This document shows, piece by piece, positions 9,007 through 19,415 of a DNA stretch of 59,684 bases (the first letter of the stretch is position 1; each line of letters opens with the position of its first letter). The DNA is from an uncultured bacterium (GTDB lineage Bacteria; Bacteroidota; Bacteroidia; Chitinophagales; Chitinophagaceae): contig CAJBBV010000168.1 of assembly GCA_903951405.1 (NCBI GenBank), positions 1 to 59,684 of the forward strand, in the 5' to 3' direction. Position numbers and translations under genes: made by a program. The notes below the pieces were generated by a model. That model was not told where the DNA came from and did not search any database. It saw only the letters and a list, made by a program, of their open reading frames with translations.

Positions 9007-12000
9007 ATGAATGCGGTGTTAAAAAAAATAATCAACCAGCAAATGGATGCCTTCAACGCTAATATATGTTCATCAATTTCTAAATTACCCATAAAGTGTA
9101 AAAAAGGAATTGCTTTATTAGCGGTAGTGCTTTCGGTTCATTTTTCGCAAGCCCAACTTATTGCAAACTTTAACCCTACACAATCATCCGTTTGCGTAAA
9201 TGCGCCTGCGTATTTTTTTGATCAATCTAAATTTAATGGATTACCCTTACCACTTGGTACTCCAATTTATAAGTGGCGGTTTGATGATGGTGCTGGGCCA
9301 GTCATTTCTCCACCCACAAATGCTAGAGACCCACAAATTATTTTTCCAAGAGGTGGAGTTTGGCAAATCACCTTAGACGTAACTTATGGAGGATCCACCG
9401 ATTACAAGACTGGGATGATTTTTGTAGCTGAGGATCCTATTGTACAATTTACTTCTAATAAAAATAGAGGGTGCATGCCATTAGGTGTTGTATTTACTGA
9501 TAATACTACACCATATTCTAGTGTGGATAAAGTTACGAATGTTAATAATGTTGATACCATTCTCAGTAGAACATGGGATTTTGGAGATGGTATTACCACT
9601 ACAGGGCCATCACTTAAATCAATTAGTCACACGTATAATGTTGCAGCAATATATTCTCCAACGTTAATTGTAACAACAAAAGCGGGATGCACTGCTAGCT
9701 TTATGTTCACCGACATGATTACCGTTGATCCTACTGTCTTGGCTTCATTCAATCCACCCGTGTTGTCAATCACTTGTGAATTCCCATCTACATCTGTTCA
9801 GCCCACCAACGTTGTTTTAGCTAATGCCTATTTGTGGACGATAGATGGGGGTGCATCCATGACCAACACCACAGGTCAATATCCAAATATTAGCTTCCCC
9901 AAAGCCGGAACGTATAATCTTACTTTAAAAGTTACATCGGTAAATGGATGTGAAAATAGCATCACCAAATCTATTGTAGTTCCCCCTGTTTCAAACGCAA
10001 CTGATTTTTCAACTCCCCCTAGTTTAGCAGCATGTCAGAATACTTCCTTTACATTTGTGCGAGCTAACACACCAACTGCGCCAACTAGTTATCAATGGTA
10101 TGTGGATGGAGTGTTAGATGCTAATTTCGATAACAAAAGTCTTATTTATTTATTTACTTCCACTGGTTCTCACACTATTAAGATGACCGCTAGCTATAGT
10201 GGTGGTTGTGTTTCTTCTAAGTCGTATACTATAAATGTAAAGAGGGCCCCAGTAGCTAATTTTGATGTAGTGGCTGCTGAGCGTTCCAGTTGTAAGACAC
10301 CCTTTGATGTCAATTTTACTGATTTGTCAATTGGAAATACACAACGGATTTTTAATTACGGGGATGGCTCTGCCGCTGTCATAGAGCCAAGTAGTAGTTC
10401 AGCATCACATACCTATACTAAGGCTGGAAACTTTACAGTTTCGTTGATTGCCATCAATGGATTTGGTTGCTCAGACACCACTGATAATCTAGTCTTTAAA
10501 GACTACATAAAAATTCAAGTTCCTAAATTATTGGTTCCTCCTACGAATATGCCAGATAGTGGTTGTGCTCGAAATTTTAAACCTGTTGCTGATTTCGATA
10601 TTTCAAGTCAAATTACTTCATGGGATTGGAAGATAGATTATCCTAATTCCACTTCTCTTACGTATAAAGGAAAATCACCGCCTCAGCAATTTTATAGTGA
10701 CTCAGGTACATACCATATTACACTCAATGTGACTACGAGTAATGGGTGCGTTTCGAATCCATTTGAATGGGATATTAAGGTTGGAAAAAAACCAGGGATT
10801 CCAGTTATAAAAGTGGATCAACTTGAAAAATGTGCCAATCTTTCGTTCAACTTTAGCACAAATAGAGATGGAATTACTGGATTCAAATGGGAATTTTCTG
10901 ATGGTACAACATTCAAGGATTCTGCATTCTCAAAAACGTTTGGATACCTTGGTGATTTTTTTGTTAAACTGAGAGTATATAATAATGGTTGCTCCGATAC
11001 GACAGACGGAAAATTTAAAGTTTCTACAAAAGGAGTAATCGCCAATTTTGATGTGCTAAATGACTGCGCAAATCCGTTGCAAAAGAAATTTGTAGATAAT
11101 TCAACAGGTAGAATAGATTATGAATTGTGGAATTTTGGTGATGGGACATCTCAAGCGTTCACTTCTAAGCAAACTAATTTACCATATACATACACAACCA
11201 CTGGAGTTTATACTATTTCCTTGACGGTAAAAGATATGGGAGATACTCGTTGTGAATATACTCGGACAGCTACAATTAAAGTAGCTAATGAAAAAAATGT
11301 TTCATTTACCCCATCTGCTAATCCGATTTGTTTAGGGGATTCAAAAGTAGATTTGGTGGCAAAGGTGGAAAATCCAGCGATGGTAAGTAAATACGAATGG
11401 GATCTAGGGTGTGGTTTCGCTTTGAAGCCTGCAAGTTATTCTGTCGATTTTAAAACGCTCTGTTTATATAGTACAAATGGTGGACGTGGAAATTATCCAG
11501 CGCAGTTAAAAGTAACAGACGTAAACAATTGCACTTATCTAACGCCTATTCAAAATTTATTTATAGGTGGGCCAGCTTCAGACTATGCAGCAATTTCACC
11601 CGTATCGGGTTGTGAAAACACAACTGTCCGTTTTCAAGATAAAACCACTGGCGATGGAGTAAATAATATTACTCAACGGATATGGGATTTTGGCGATGGA
11701 ACAACTCCACAGAATATTTTATCTGGCCCGATTCAACATACATTTGCAACTCCAGGAAGGTATCCCGTTCGATTGACTTCAAAGGATAATATTGGATGTA
11801 CTTCCACTATCCAAACGCTTTTCGTTACCATCACAAAGCCAATTATTGATTTCACCGCACCAACACAAAGTTGTCCTGGAGGGCCAATTCAGTTTCAGCT
11901 TACTAAAAATGTAAGTTTAAAGACGGTGTCTTGGGATTTTGATGATTTGCTAACCTCGTCAACAGAAAATCCTGCACCCATTGTCTATAATATAGTGGGA

Positions 12001-14097
12001 AAGAAAACAATCATATTGCAGGTAGAAGATTTCTATGGGTGTAAAGTAAGTTTAACTAAACCGGATTATATAGAGATAGGAAATCCTCTAGCGGAGTTTA
12101 TTGCTGACAGTGATGTTGGTGAATGTTATCCATTTCAAGCGGGATTTCATTTTACTGGTTCATTTGCTAATACCTATGAATGGACTTTTGGTGATGGGGC
12201 TCGTTCATTTCAACCTAACCCTACACATATTTACACACGACCCGGTACTTTCGATGTGTTTCTTAGAGTCACTAGTCCTGGGGGGTGTACGAGTAATTTT
12301 GGCCCATATAAAATAACAGTAAAAGGTCCAGTTGGTACGTATGATTTTCCAAATACGTTATGTGATCCAAATTATACCGGGTTGTTTACCATTACTTCAA
12401 CCAATACCAAATTTGTAACCATTAATTATGGAGATGGACAGTTTAATTCGCTAATGCCTTATACGGTATTACCTTATTCTCATGTTTATTCGGATTCAGG
12501 GTTTTATCAACCTCAAATCTCAATCACAGATGATAATTTTTGTACAGTTCCATTGCAAGTAACGCATGGTATTAAAGCAGTATCCATATTGCCATTATTT
12601 AAGCCAGACCCAATACTTCCATTTTTTTGTGAGCGAGGCCTGGTTAGCTTTAAAGACATCTCCCTTGCTAATGAGGCAATCACTGGATGGGAGTGGGATT
12701 ATGGTGATGGGGCAATTGGAACAGGCAATCCCTCAACTCATTTTTATACAAGTCCTGGATTATACGATGTAAAATTTACTGCAATTTCAGCTAGTGGTTG
12801 TCGGTCTTCATTGAAGATTAGGGAAAAATTGGTTGAAGTGCAGCCAGGCCCAGATATGGAGATACGTTCAGATTTAAATCAAGTGTGCGAAGAAGGAAAG
12901 GTAATCTTTCAATCACAAGATAATGGATCCATAGGTTCTCCCATTGTCAGTTATTTTTGGGATTTCACGAATGGGCAAAGCTCATTGTTGGCATTGCCAC
13001 CTGCTCAACAATTTAGAAAGGCTGGCACATATCCCATAAAACTGTATACAACCAATGAGAAGGGTTGTGTTGATACTGCTTTGCTTAACTATGTAGTGAA
13101 TCCACTTCCCGCTATTGACGCAGGGAATGATACGATCTTTTGCATTGGCACTCAAATGACATTACAGCCATCTGGAGCAAATTCATACGATTGGATTTCT
13201 GGTCCTGGCTTGAGTTGTACTACTTGCGAGCAACCTGCTATTTCACCAATAGCTGATGCAGTGTATACTGTTAGAGGAACTTCGCTATTGGGTTGCCAAG
13301 CAACTGATTCAATAGCTGTTCACGTTGTTCAACGATCCCAGATTATTGCATCGAACGATGTTGCTATTTGTGCTGGTGAGTCAGTGAAATTGAATGCGTA
13401 TGGTACCGACTGGCTTGTTTGGTCTCCCGCAACGGGGCTAGATGATCAAACTCTTTCATCGCCTACTGCAACTCCGATAACTACTACAACGTATATTGTT
13501 AATGGTCAAGATGAATTTGGTTGTTTCAAAACAGAAGACAGTGTAAAAGTAACAGTGCATCCACTTCCTGTGATCAATGCAGGCTCAGATACAACCATGA
13601 TGGCAGGCTATCCGATTCAGTTGAGGCCTGAATATTCTTCTGATGTGACAAGCGTAGAATGGGTCCCTTCTACCTTCCTGGACTGTTCATTATGTAGAAC
13701 TCCAGTATCAACTCCTCAATATTCTACTACCTATACGCTGTTTGCTTATACACAATATGGATGCATGTCGAAAGATGTTCTTCATATTTATGCTACGTGT
13801 ACAAAAGAAAATTTATTTATTCCAAATACATTTTCTCCTAATAATGATGGATCAAATGATTTGTTTTATCCAAGAGGTAGAGGAATTCAAAAGATTAAGG
13901 CATTTAAAATTTTTAATCGTTGGGGACAGCTGGTTTTTCTCAAAGAAAACTTTTTTGCTAATGACGTGAATGCTGCTTGGGATGGGACAAAAAAGGGAGC
14001 TTATGTAACGCCAGATGTTTATGTTTATATGATTGATCTTATTTGTGAAAATGGAAATGTAATTACATTAAAAGGAGATGTTACTTTAATACGATGA
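9007..14097 (+). CDS. Large PKD-repeat surface protein with T9SS type-B (gliding motility-associated) C-terminal domain
   Basis: Many W(D/N/T)(F/Y)GDG and Y...G.Y.V.L PKD motifs; C-terminus FIPNTFSPNNDGSNDLF...IFNRWGQLVF...WDG...KGDVTLIR. The start may be 9043. Confidence 0.92.
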   Translation: MNAVLKKIINQQMDAFNANICSSISKLPIKCKKGIALLAVVLSVHFSQAQLIANFNPTQSSVCVNAPAYFFDQSKFNGLPLPLGTPIYKWRFDDGAGPVISPPTNARDPQIIFPRGGVWQITLDVTYGGSTDYKTGMIFVAEDPIVQFTSNKNRGCMPLGVVFTDNTTPYSSVDKVTNVNNVDTILSRTWDFGDGITTTGPSLKSISHTYNVAAIYSPTLIVTTKAGCTASFMFTDMITVDPTVLASFNPPVLSITCEFPSTSVQPTNVVLANAYLWTIDGGASMTNTTGQYPNISFPKAGTYNLTLKVTSVNGCENSITKSIVVPPVSNATDFSTPPSLAACQNTSFTFVRANTPTAPTSYQWYVDGVLDANFDNKSLIYLFTSTGSHTIKMTASYSGGCVSSKSYTINVKRAPVANFDVVAAERSSCKTPFDVNFTDLSIGNTQRIFNYGDGSAAVIEPSSSSASHTYTKAGNFTVSLIAINGFGCSDTTDNLVFKDYIKIQVPKLLVPPTNMPDSGCARNFKPVADFDISSQITSWDWKIDYPNSTSLTYKGKSPPQQFYSDSGTYHITLNVTTSNGCVSNPFEWDIKVGKKPGIPVIKVDQLEKCANLSFNFSTNRDGITGFKWEFSDGTTFKDSAFSKTFGYLGDFFVKLRVYNNGCSDTTDGKFKVSTKGVIANFDVLNDCANPLQKKFVDNSTGRIDYELWNFGDGTSQAFTSKQTNLPYTYTTTGVYTISLTVKDMGDTRCEYTRTATIKVANEKNVSFTPSANPICLGDSKVDLVAKVENPAMVSKYEWDLGCGFALKPASYSVDFKTLCLYSTNGGRGNYPAQLKVTDVNNCTYLTPIQNLFIGGPASDYAAISPVSGCENTTVRFQDKTTGDGVNNITQRIWDFGDGTTPQNILSGPIQHTFATPGRYPVRLTSKDNIGCTSTIQTLFVTITKPIIDFTAPTQSCPGGPIQFQLTKNVSLKTVSWDFDDLLTSSTENPAPIVYNIVGKKTIILQVEDFYGCKVSLTKPDYIEIGNPLAEFIADSDVGECYPFQAGFHFTGSFANTYEWTFGDGARSFQPNPTHIYTRPGTFDVFLRVTSPGGCTSNFGPYKITVKGPVGTYDFPNTLCDPNYTGLFTITSTNTKFVTINYGDGQFNSLMPYTVLPYSHVYSDSGFYQPQISITDDNFCTVPLQVTHGIKAVSILPLFKPDPILPFFCERGLVSFKDISLANEAITGWEWDYGDGAIGTGNPSTHFYTSPGLYDVKFTAISASGCRSSLKIREKLVEVQPGPDMEIRSDLNQVCEEGKVIFQSQDNGSIGSPIVSYFWDFTNGQSSLLALPPAQQFRKAGTYPIKLYTTNEKGCVDTALLNYVVNPLPAIDAGNDTIFCIGTQMTLQPSGANSYDWISGPGLSCTTCEQPAISPIADAVYTVRGTSLLGCQATDSIAVHVVQRSQIIASNDVAICAGESVKLNAYGTDWLVWSPATGLDDQTLSSPTATPITTTTYIVNGQDEFGCFKTEDSVKVTVHPLPVINAGSDTTMMAGYPIQLRPEYSSDVTSVEWVPSTFLDCSLCRTPVSTPQYSTTYTLFAYTQYGCMSKDVLHIYATCTKENLFIPNTFSPNNDGSNDLFYPRGRGIQKIKAFKIFNRWGQLVFLKENFFANDVNAAWDGTKKGAYVTPDVYVYMIDLICENGNVITLKGDVTLIR

Positions 14098-15122
14098 TGC
14101 GAATGATTGTATACAAGAAACATCTATTAGGGTTTTTATTCATTCTGGGTATAGGCATCTTTAATGAAGGGGATGCACAAGACTTGCATTTCTCTCAATT
14201 CTACGAAGCGCCACTTTTGCGTAATCCTGCTCTGGCAGGACTTTATGAGGGAGATATTCGTGTTCAAGGTGTTTATCGAAGTCAGTGGAACAGCATTTCA
14301 TTTCCTTTTGAAACAGGGTCAGTCAATGCCGAGTATAAATTTGGGGTGGGTAAAGGCAATGATTTTTTGACAGTAGGCACACAAGTTATGTATGATAAAG
14401 CAGGCACTGTTGGGCTTCGCACAACACAGTTTTTGCCGTTAGTGAATTTCCATAAATCACTCAGTGATGTTCGTAATACCTATTTATCGCTTGGATTCAT
14501 GGGGGGTATGGTGAATAGAAGACTCGATCGATCCAAAGTAACGACCAACAGTCAGTATGATGGATTTTATTATAATGGATCATTGCCTGATGGGGAGTCG
14601 TTTTTATCAGGATACTCGTATGCTGACATGTCGGTTGGGATGAGCTTCAGTAGCACATTAGGGGCAAATCAACAGCATAATTTTTTCACAGGCATTGGAT
14701 ATCATCATTTCAATAAGCCGGTGAACTCCTTTTATAAAAATATTTCTCACCTCCCTAAATGGGTTTTTTCCGCTGGGGTCAAGCTCAACTTGGATGACCT
14801 TACTTATGTTACATTTAATGGGGATATGACAACTCAAACTCCATTCAAAGAGTATATTTTGGGAGGCTTATATTCTAAAAGGCTTGGTGAAGATGAAGGC
14901 CCTATGTATACTGTACATGGTGGGGTTTATTATCGTTACAATGATGCGATTATTCCAGTGATCAAGTTTGATGTACGTAAAATATCTTTTGGGATAAGTT
15001 ATGATATCAATGTATCTAGCTTAGCTCCAGCATCTAAAAATAGGGGCGGCTTTGAACTCTCTATTTCTTATATCACCTCAAGGCCACACAATACGCCTGT
15101 AATACTTTGTCCAAAGTTTTAA
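14094..15122 (+). CDS. PorP/SprF family T9SS membrane beta-barrel
   Basis: QDLHFSQFYEAPLLRNPALAG, YRSQW, GISYDINVSSL, GGFELSISY, CPKF; overlaps the stop of a type-B cargo gene. Confidence 0.93.
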   Translation: MMRMIVYKKHLLGFLFILGIGIFNEGDAQDLHFSQFYEAPLLRNPALAGLYEGDIRVQGVYRSQWNSISFPFETGSVNAEYKFGVGKGNDFLTVGTQVMYDKAGTVGLRTTQFLPLVNFHKSLSDVRNTYLSLGFMGGMVNRRLDRSKVTTNSQYDGFYYNGSLPDGESFLSGYSYADMSVGMSFSSTLGANQQHNFFTGIGYHHFNKPVNSFYKNISHLPKWVFSAGVKLNLDDLTYVTFNGDMTTQTPFKEYILGGLYSKRLGEDEGPMYTVHGGVYYRYNDAIIPVIKFDVRKISFGISYDINVSSLAPASKNRGGFELSISYITSRPHNTPVILCPKF

Positions 15123-15236
15123 CGCTACCTTTTTTTTAAAGTAATTCGTAAACAAATGACTGTTTAAGTTGTTTTGATTTCTGACTGTTTTATATTTGTA
15201 AAACAACTTATTTTTTAACCTTATTAGTCAATAATC

Positions 15237-15707
15237 ATGCAATTAACAAAAGGCCAACCAGCACCGTCATTTAGTTTGTATAATAGTGAAAAAGCGAAGG
15301 TTAGTATTCACGATTTCGCAGGAAAGAATTTAGTTATTCTATTTTTCCCTCAAGCCTTTACAGGGGTATGTACCACTGAGCTGTGTTCTGTTCGAGACAG
15401 CATCGGGATATACTCTGGTTTAAATGCAGAGGTAGTAGGTATTTCTGTTGATTCTATTTTCACGCTTGCTAAGTTTAAAGAAGAACAAGGGTATAATTTC
15501 CCATTGCTTTCTGATTTTAACAAAGAAGTTTCTCAGGCATATGGCGCCTTCTATGATGAATTTGTATTTGACATGAAAGGTGTATCTCGCAGAGCAGCAT
15601 TTGTTGTTGATCAGTATGGAACAATTCAATATGCTGAAGTATTGGAGAGTGCAGGAGATGTTCCCAACTTCGACGCTATAAAAGTAACCTTGGCTGAATT
15701 AGGGTAA
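15237..15707 (+). CDS. Peroxiredoxin (AhpC/TSA, AhpE-like)
   Basis: FFPQAFTGVCTTELC (PxxxTxxC motif); FPLLSDFNKEV. Confidence 0.9.
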   Translation: MQLTKGQPAPSFSLYNSEKAKVSIHDFAGKNLVILFFPQAFTGVCTTELCSVRDSIGIYSGLNAEVVGISVDSIFTLAKFKEEQGYNFPLLSDFNKEVSQAYGAFYDEFVFDMKGVSRRAAFVVDQYGTIQYAEVLESAGDVPNFDAIKVTLAELG

Positions 15708-15721
15708 TTAGCATCGTTATA

Positions 15722-15758
15722 AAAAAGCCATGACTATAAATAGTAGTCATGGCTTTTT
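15722..15758. terminator. Bidirectional intrinsic terminator
   Basis: AAAAAGCCATGACTA-loop-TAGTCATGGCTTTTT between convergent genes. Confidence 0.85.
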
Positions 15759-15776
15759 GCATTATGCCTATCAGTA

Positions 15777-16946
15777 TTAGTTTACTTGAACAATCAAGAA
15801 TTTAAGGTAATTGGTGTTCTCTAGACTTCTTAGTATTGGATGGTCAGGAGATTGTGCCTGAAAAACCACTTGACGTAGTGATCGTTTTGCATCTTTAGCT
15901 GCTGCTTCAATGGTTTGGTAAAATAGGTCAGGTTGAATCAGGTTTGTGCAGGAAGACGTAACCAAAAATCCTCCCGGTTTTAAGAGCTTCATTCCCCTTA
16001 AGTTAATTTCTTTGTATCCGCTTACTGCTTTTTGAATATTTTCTCTTGACTTGGTAAATGAAGGAGGGTCTAGCATAACAACATCCCATTTCTTATCTTC
16101 CTTGCTCCATTGTTTTAGCGCATCAAATGCATTGATGGCTTGAAAGCTGCAGTTGCTTAACCCATTCAAGCTCGCATTTTCTTTGGATTGCTCAATCGCC
16201 GATTCAGAAATGTCTAATCCTAAAACTTGCTTCGCGCCATAATGTGCTGCATGGATCTCGAAGGTTCCCGTGTAGCAAAATGCACCAAGTACATCTGCTC
16301 CTTTTACGATATGTTGTATAGCTCTTCGATTGTCTCGTTGATCTAAAAAATAGCCAGTCTTTTGTCCCTTGTCAAGGTCTACCATGAATTTGAGCCCATT
16401 TTCATTAATCATGATTCTAGTATCAAATGGGGCTGAAAGGAACCCTTTTTTCTGTTCAAGTCCTTCTAGTTCTCTTACCCCAACATCATTTCGTTCATAA
16501 ATACCCTTGGGTGAAAAGAGTTCTTCAATGGCTTCAACGATTTCTTTTTTCCATACGTCAATTCCAAGTGCCATAGATTGGATAACGAAATAATCATTAA
16601 ACTTGTCAATTATCAATTGAGGAAGTCCATCCGCTTCACCAAATACTAGTCTGCAGTTTTCAGTAAACCCAATTTTTTTTCTATACTCCCAAGCAGCTTT
16701 GATTTTTCTCAGAAAGAAAGCGCTGTCAATGGTTTCTTGTTTTTCGCGGGTAAGCAGTCTTACTGGAATTTTGGATGCAGGGTTTACGTATCCCTTGCCA
16801 ATAAATTTCCCATCATGGGTAACCACTTCTGCTACATCACCGGCAAGGAGGGTGTCGTCCATTAGATTGATCTCATTTGCAAAGATCCATGGATGCCCAT
16901 TGATGATCCTATTGCTGATTTTACGGTTCAGTACTACACGTTTCAT
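15777..16946 (-). CDS. rlmI: RlmI-like class I SAM-dependent rRNA methyltransferase
   Basis: PUA domain GHPWIFANEI, RLVFGEADGLP, GQKTGYFLDQRDNR, MLDPPSF. Confidence 0.85.
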   Translation of the reverse strand: MKRVVLNRKISNRIINGHPWIFANEINLMDDTLLAGDVAEVVTHDGKFIGKGYVNPASKIPVRLLTREKQETIDSAFFLRKIKAAWEYRKKIGFTENCRLVFGEADGLPQLIIDKFNDYFVIQSMALGIDVWKKEIVEAIEELFSPKGIYERNDVGVRELEGLEQKKGFLSAPFDTRIMINENGLKFMVDLDKGQKTGYFLDQRDNRRAIQHIVKGADVLGAFCYTGTFEIHAAHYGAKQVLGLDISESAIEQSKENASLNGLSNCSFQAINAFDALKQWSKEDKKWDVVMLDPPSFTKSRENIQKAVSGYKEINLRGMKLLKPGGFLVTSSCTNLIQPDLFYQTIEAAAKDAKRSLRQVVFQAQSPDHPILRSLENTNYLKFLIVQVN

Positions 16947-17093
16947 TCTGCAAATGTACGGGTTGTCGATTTTAGTATGGCCCTGTCATCTAAAGCATTG
17001 TTTTTTGCTCAAAAAGAGCGTTAACTCGTTGAAATAATCGAAATTTGCATTTCATTTTACAGAAAGCAGACAATTTGGCTTATTGCCGATTGG

Positions 17094-17108
17094 TGGCAGA
17101 AAATTTGA
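17094..17108 (+). promoter_or_regulatory. Putative sigma54-type (-24/-12) promoter of grpE-dnaJ
   Basis: TGGCAG-AAAAT-TTGA has the TGGCAC-N5-TTGC spacing and ends 27 nt upstream of the grpE ATG. Confidence 0.45.
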
Positions 17109-17135
17109 CCTATTGATTTTGTAAATTATAATACA

Positions 17136-17669
17136 ATGAAAGAGAAAGAAATACACCCAGAACAAGAGGAATCTACTCAAGAAATGAAGAGTGAGCCTAT
17201 TTCAGCTGAGCAGACGTCGGAGAATGAAACCGAAGCATTAAAGATTGAAGTTGCTGAGCAAAAAGATAAGTTTATAAGGCTGTATGCAGAGTTTGATAAT
17301 TTCAAAAGAAGGAGTGCGAAAGAGCGAATTGAAATGATGCAGACAGCTGGAAAAGAAGTTATACAGTCATTGCTTGAGGTGATGGATGATTTTGACAGGG
17401 CTGAAAAACAAATTCAAGGGAGTGACGATATCACCCAAATTCGCCAAGGCATTGCTTTAGTAGTATCTAAATTCAGGAATACACTTACTTCACGTGGACT
17501 GAAAGAGATGAATTGTGTCGGACAAGAATTCAATCCTGACTTTCATGAGGCTATTACTGAAATTGACGTTGAAGAAAATATGAAAGGTAAAGTAGTTGAT
17601 GAGTTAGAAAAGGGGTATACACTGAATGATAAGATTATTCGATTTTCAAAAGTCGTTGTAGGTAAATAA
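17136..17669 (+). CDS. grpE: Nucleotide exchange factor GrpE
   Basis: Motifs RLYAEFDNFKRR, FNPDFHEAI, KGYTLNDKIIRFSKVVVG. Confidence 0.96.
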   Translation: MKEKEIHPEQEESTQEMKSEPISAEQTSENETEALKIEVAEQKDKFIRLYAEFDNFKRRSAKERIEMMQTAGKEVIQSLLEVMDDFDRAEKQIQGSDDITQIRQGIALVVSKFRNTLTSRGLKEMNCVGQEFNPDFHEAITEIDVEENMKGKVVDELEKGYTLNDKIIRFSKVVVGK

Positions 17670-17697
17670 AATAAGCTAGGTCAACTAAACCACAGAA

Positions 17698-18864
17698 ATG
17701 GCAAAAAGAGATTTTTACGAGATACTTGGGGTAGCAAAATCATCAACTGCTGATGAGATTAAAAAAGCGTATCGAAAGGTGGCTATGCAGTTCCACCCTG
17801 ATCGCAATCCAGGAGATAAGGCGTCCGAAGAAAAGTTCAAAGAGGCAGCAGAAGCATATGAGGTATTGAGTGACCAAGAAAAGCGTAGTCAATATGATAA
17901 GTATGGTCATGCTGGTATGAATCAGCGTGGTGGTGGTGGCGGTAGTCAAGGAATGAATATGGATGATATCTTCAGTAATTTTGGAGATATTTTCGGCGAT
18001 GATCTATTTGGTAGTTTTTTCGGTGGAGGCGGAGGTGGTCGTCAGAGAAGCTCCGGAGGAAGGACTAAGGGAACCCGAGGAAGCAATTTGCGGATCAAGT
18101 TAAAAATGAATTATGAGGAGATCGCAAAAGGAGCAAACAAAACCGTCAAGGTAAAAAAATATACGCCATGTACTTCGTGTAGTGGTTCTGGAGCGAAGGA
18201 TAAAAATTCTGTACAAACTTGTGCAACATGTGGAGGAAATGGGCAGGTCAGAAAAGTGACCAATACTTTTCTAGGTCAAATGCAAACAGTAGGCACTTGT
18301 CCAACATGCAATGGAGAAGGCTCAACCATTACGAGTAAATGTACTTCTTGTAAAGGTGAAGGACGTGTGTATACAGAAGAAACAATGTCTATTGATATTC
18401 CTGCTGGTGTGCAAGAAGGAATGCAACTTAGTTTGAGCGGTAAAGGAAATGCAGGAGAGCGAGGTGGTGCTTCTGGCGACTTGATTGTTTTGATTGAAGA
18501 AGAGCAACATGCAGAATTGCAGCGCGACAATTTAAATGTTATATACGATATGTATATCACGTTTTCGGATGCTGTTTTTGGAGCACACCTTGAAGTACCT
18601 ACAATCGATGGAAGGGCAAAAATCAAAATACCCCCTGGAACGCAAGGTGGAAAAATATTTAGGTTAAAGGGCAAAGGATTTCCTGCTATCAATTCATATG
18701 AAAAAGGAGATCAATTAATTCATGTCAATGTTTGGATTCCACAAGAACTAACTAAAGAGGAAAAAGAGATAATCGAAAAATTTAAAGAGTCTCCAAGCTT
18801 TCAGCCGAAACCAGATAAAAACGAAAAGAGTTTCTTCTTTAAGATTAAGGAAATGTTCGGATAG
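17698..18864 (+). CDS. dnaJ: Chaperone DnaJ
   Basis: J domain with HPD, G/F-rich region, four CxxCxGxG motifs. Confidence 0.98.
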   Translation: MAKRDFYEILGVAKSSTADEIKKAYRKVAMQFHPDRNPGDKASEEKFKEAAEAYEVLSDQEKRSQYDKYGHAGMNQRGGGGGSQGMNMDDIFSNFGDIFGDDLFGSFFGGGGGGRQRSSGGRTKGTRGSNLRIKLKMNYEEIAKGANKTVKVKKYTPCTSCSGSGAKDKNSVQTCATCGGNGQVRKVTNTFLGQMQTVGTCPTCNGEGSTITSKCTSCKGEGRVYTEETMSIDIPAGVQEGMQLSLSGKGNAGERGGASGDLIVLIEEEQHAELQRDNLNVIYDMYITFSDAVFGAHLEVPTIDGRAKIKIPPGTQGGKIFRLKGKGFPAINSYEKGDQLIHVNVWIPQELTKEEKEIIEKFKESPSFQPKPDKNEKSFFFKIKEMFG

Positions 18865-18874
18865 CTGAGCGTGA

Positions 18875-19411
18875 CTAACTTTCTTTGAGCTGATAGATGC
18901 CTTTCATATTTCGACCAAATTCATTGTAATCTAGCCCATAGCCCACTACGAATAAATCGGGGATAGTGAAACCGAGATAATCAATAGGAATAGGATGTGT
19001 TGTCGCCTCCTCTTTATGAAGTAATGCACAAACGCGAATTGAAGAGGGGCCTTCTTTTTTCAATTCTGTTATAAACGTGGTAAGCGTTTTTCCAGTGTCC
19101 ACAATGTCTTCTATAATAATGATATCACGGTCATTGATTGCAACATCTAGTCCTATTGACGTTGTGATACTGCCAGATGATTGAGTCCCAGCGTAGGATG
19201 AAAGTTTTACAAAACTAATTTCTGAGGGGACATTGATTTCTTTGTATAAATCAGCCGCAAACATGAATGCCCCATTTAGTATTGCTATGAAAAGGGGCAT
19301 TTTATCTCCATAGTCAGCATTTATAGACGAAGCGATTCGACTAATGGCCTCTGTAATGTTTGCCTCGTTTAAATAAGGGACAAATTTTTTATCGAGTATG
19401 TATTTGTCCAT
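18875..19411 (-). CDS. hpt: Hypoxanthine phosphoribosyltransferase
   Basis: Motifs ILNGAFMFAADL, IIIEDIVDTGKT, FVVGYGLDY. ATG at 19411 avoids overlap with the upstream gene. Confidence 0.94.
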   Translation of the reverse strand: MDKYILDKKFVPYLNEANITEAISRIASSINADYGDKMPLFIAILNGAFMFAADLYKEINVPSEISFVKLSSYAGTQSSGSITTSIGLDVAINDRDIIIIEDIVDTGKTLTTFITELKKEGPSSIRVCALLHKEEATTHPIPIDYLGFTIPDLFVVGYGLDYNEFGRNMKGIYQLKES

Positions 19412-19415
19412 TGAA

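Noticed and set aside
9007-14097. Diversity-generating retroelement target or DNA-level tandem repeats in the large adhesin
   Set aside because: I saw no reverse transcriptase or template/variable repeat pair. The repeats are visible only at the protein level.
17136-18864. grpE-dnaJ without dnaK as an anomaly
   Set aside because: This is the usual arrangement in Bacteroidota.
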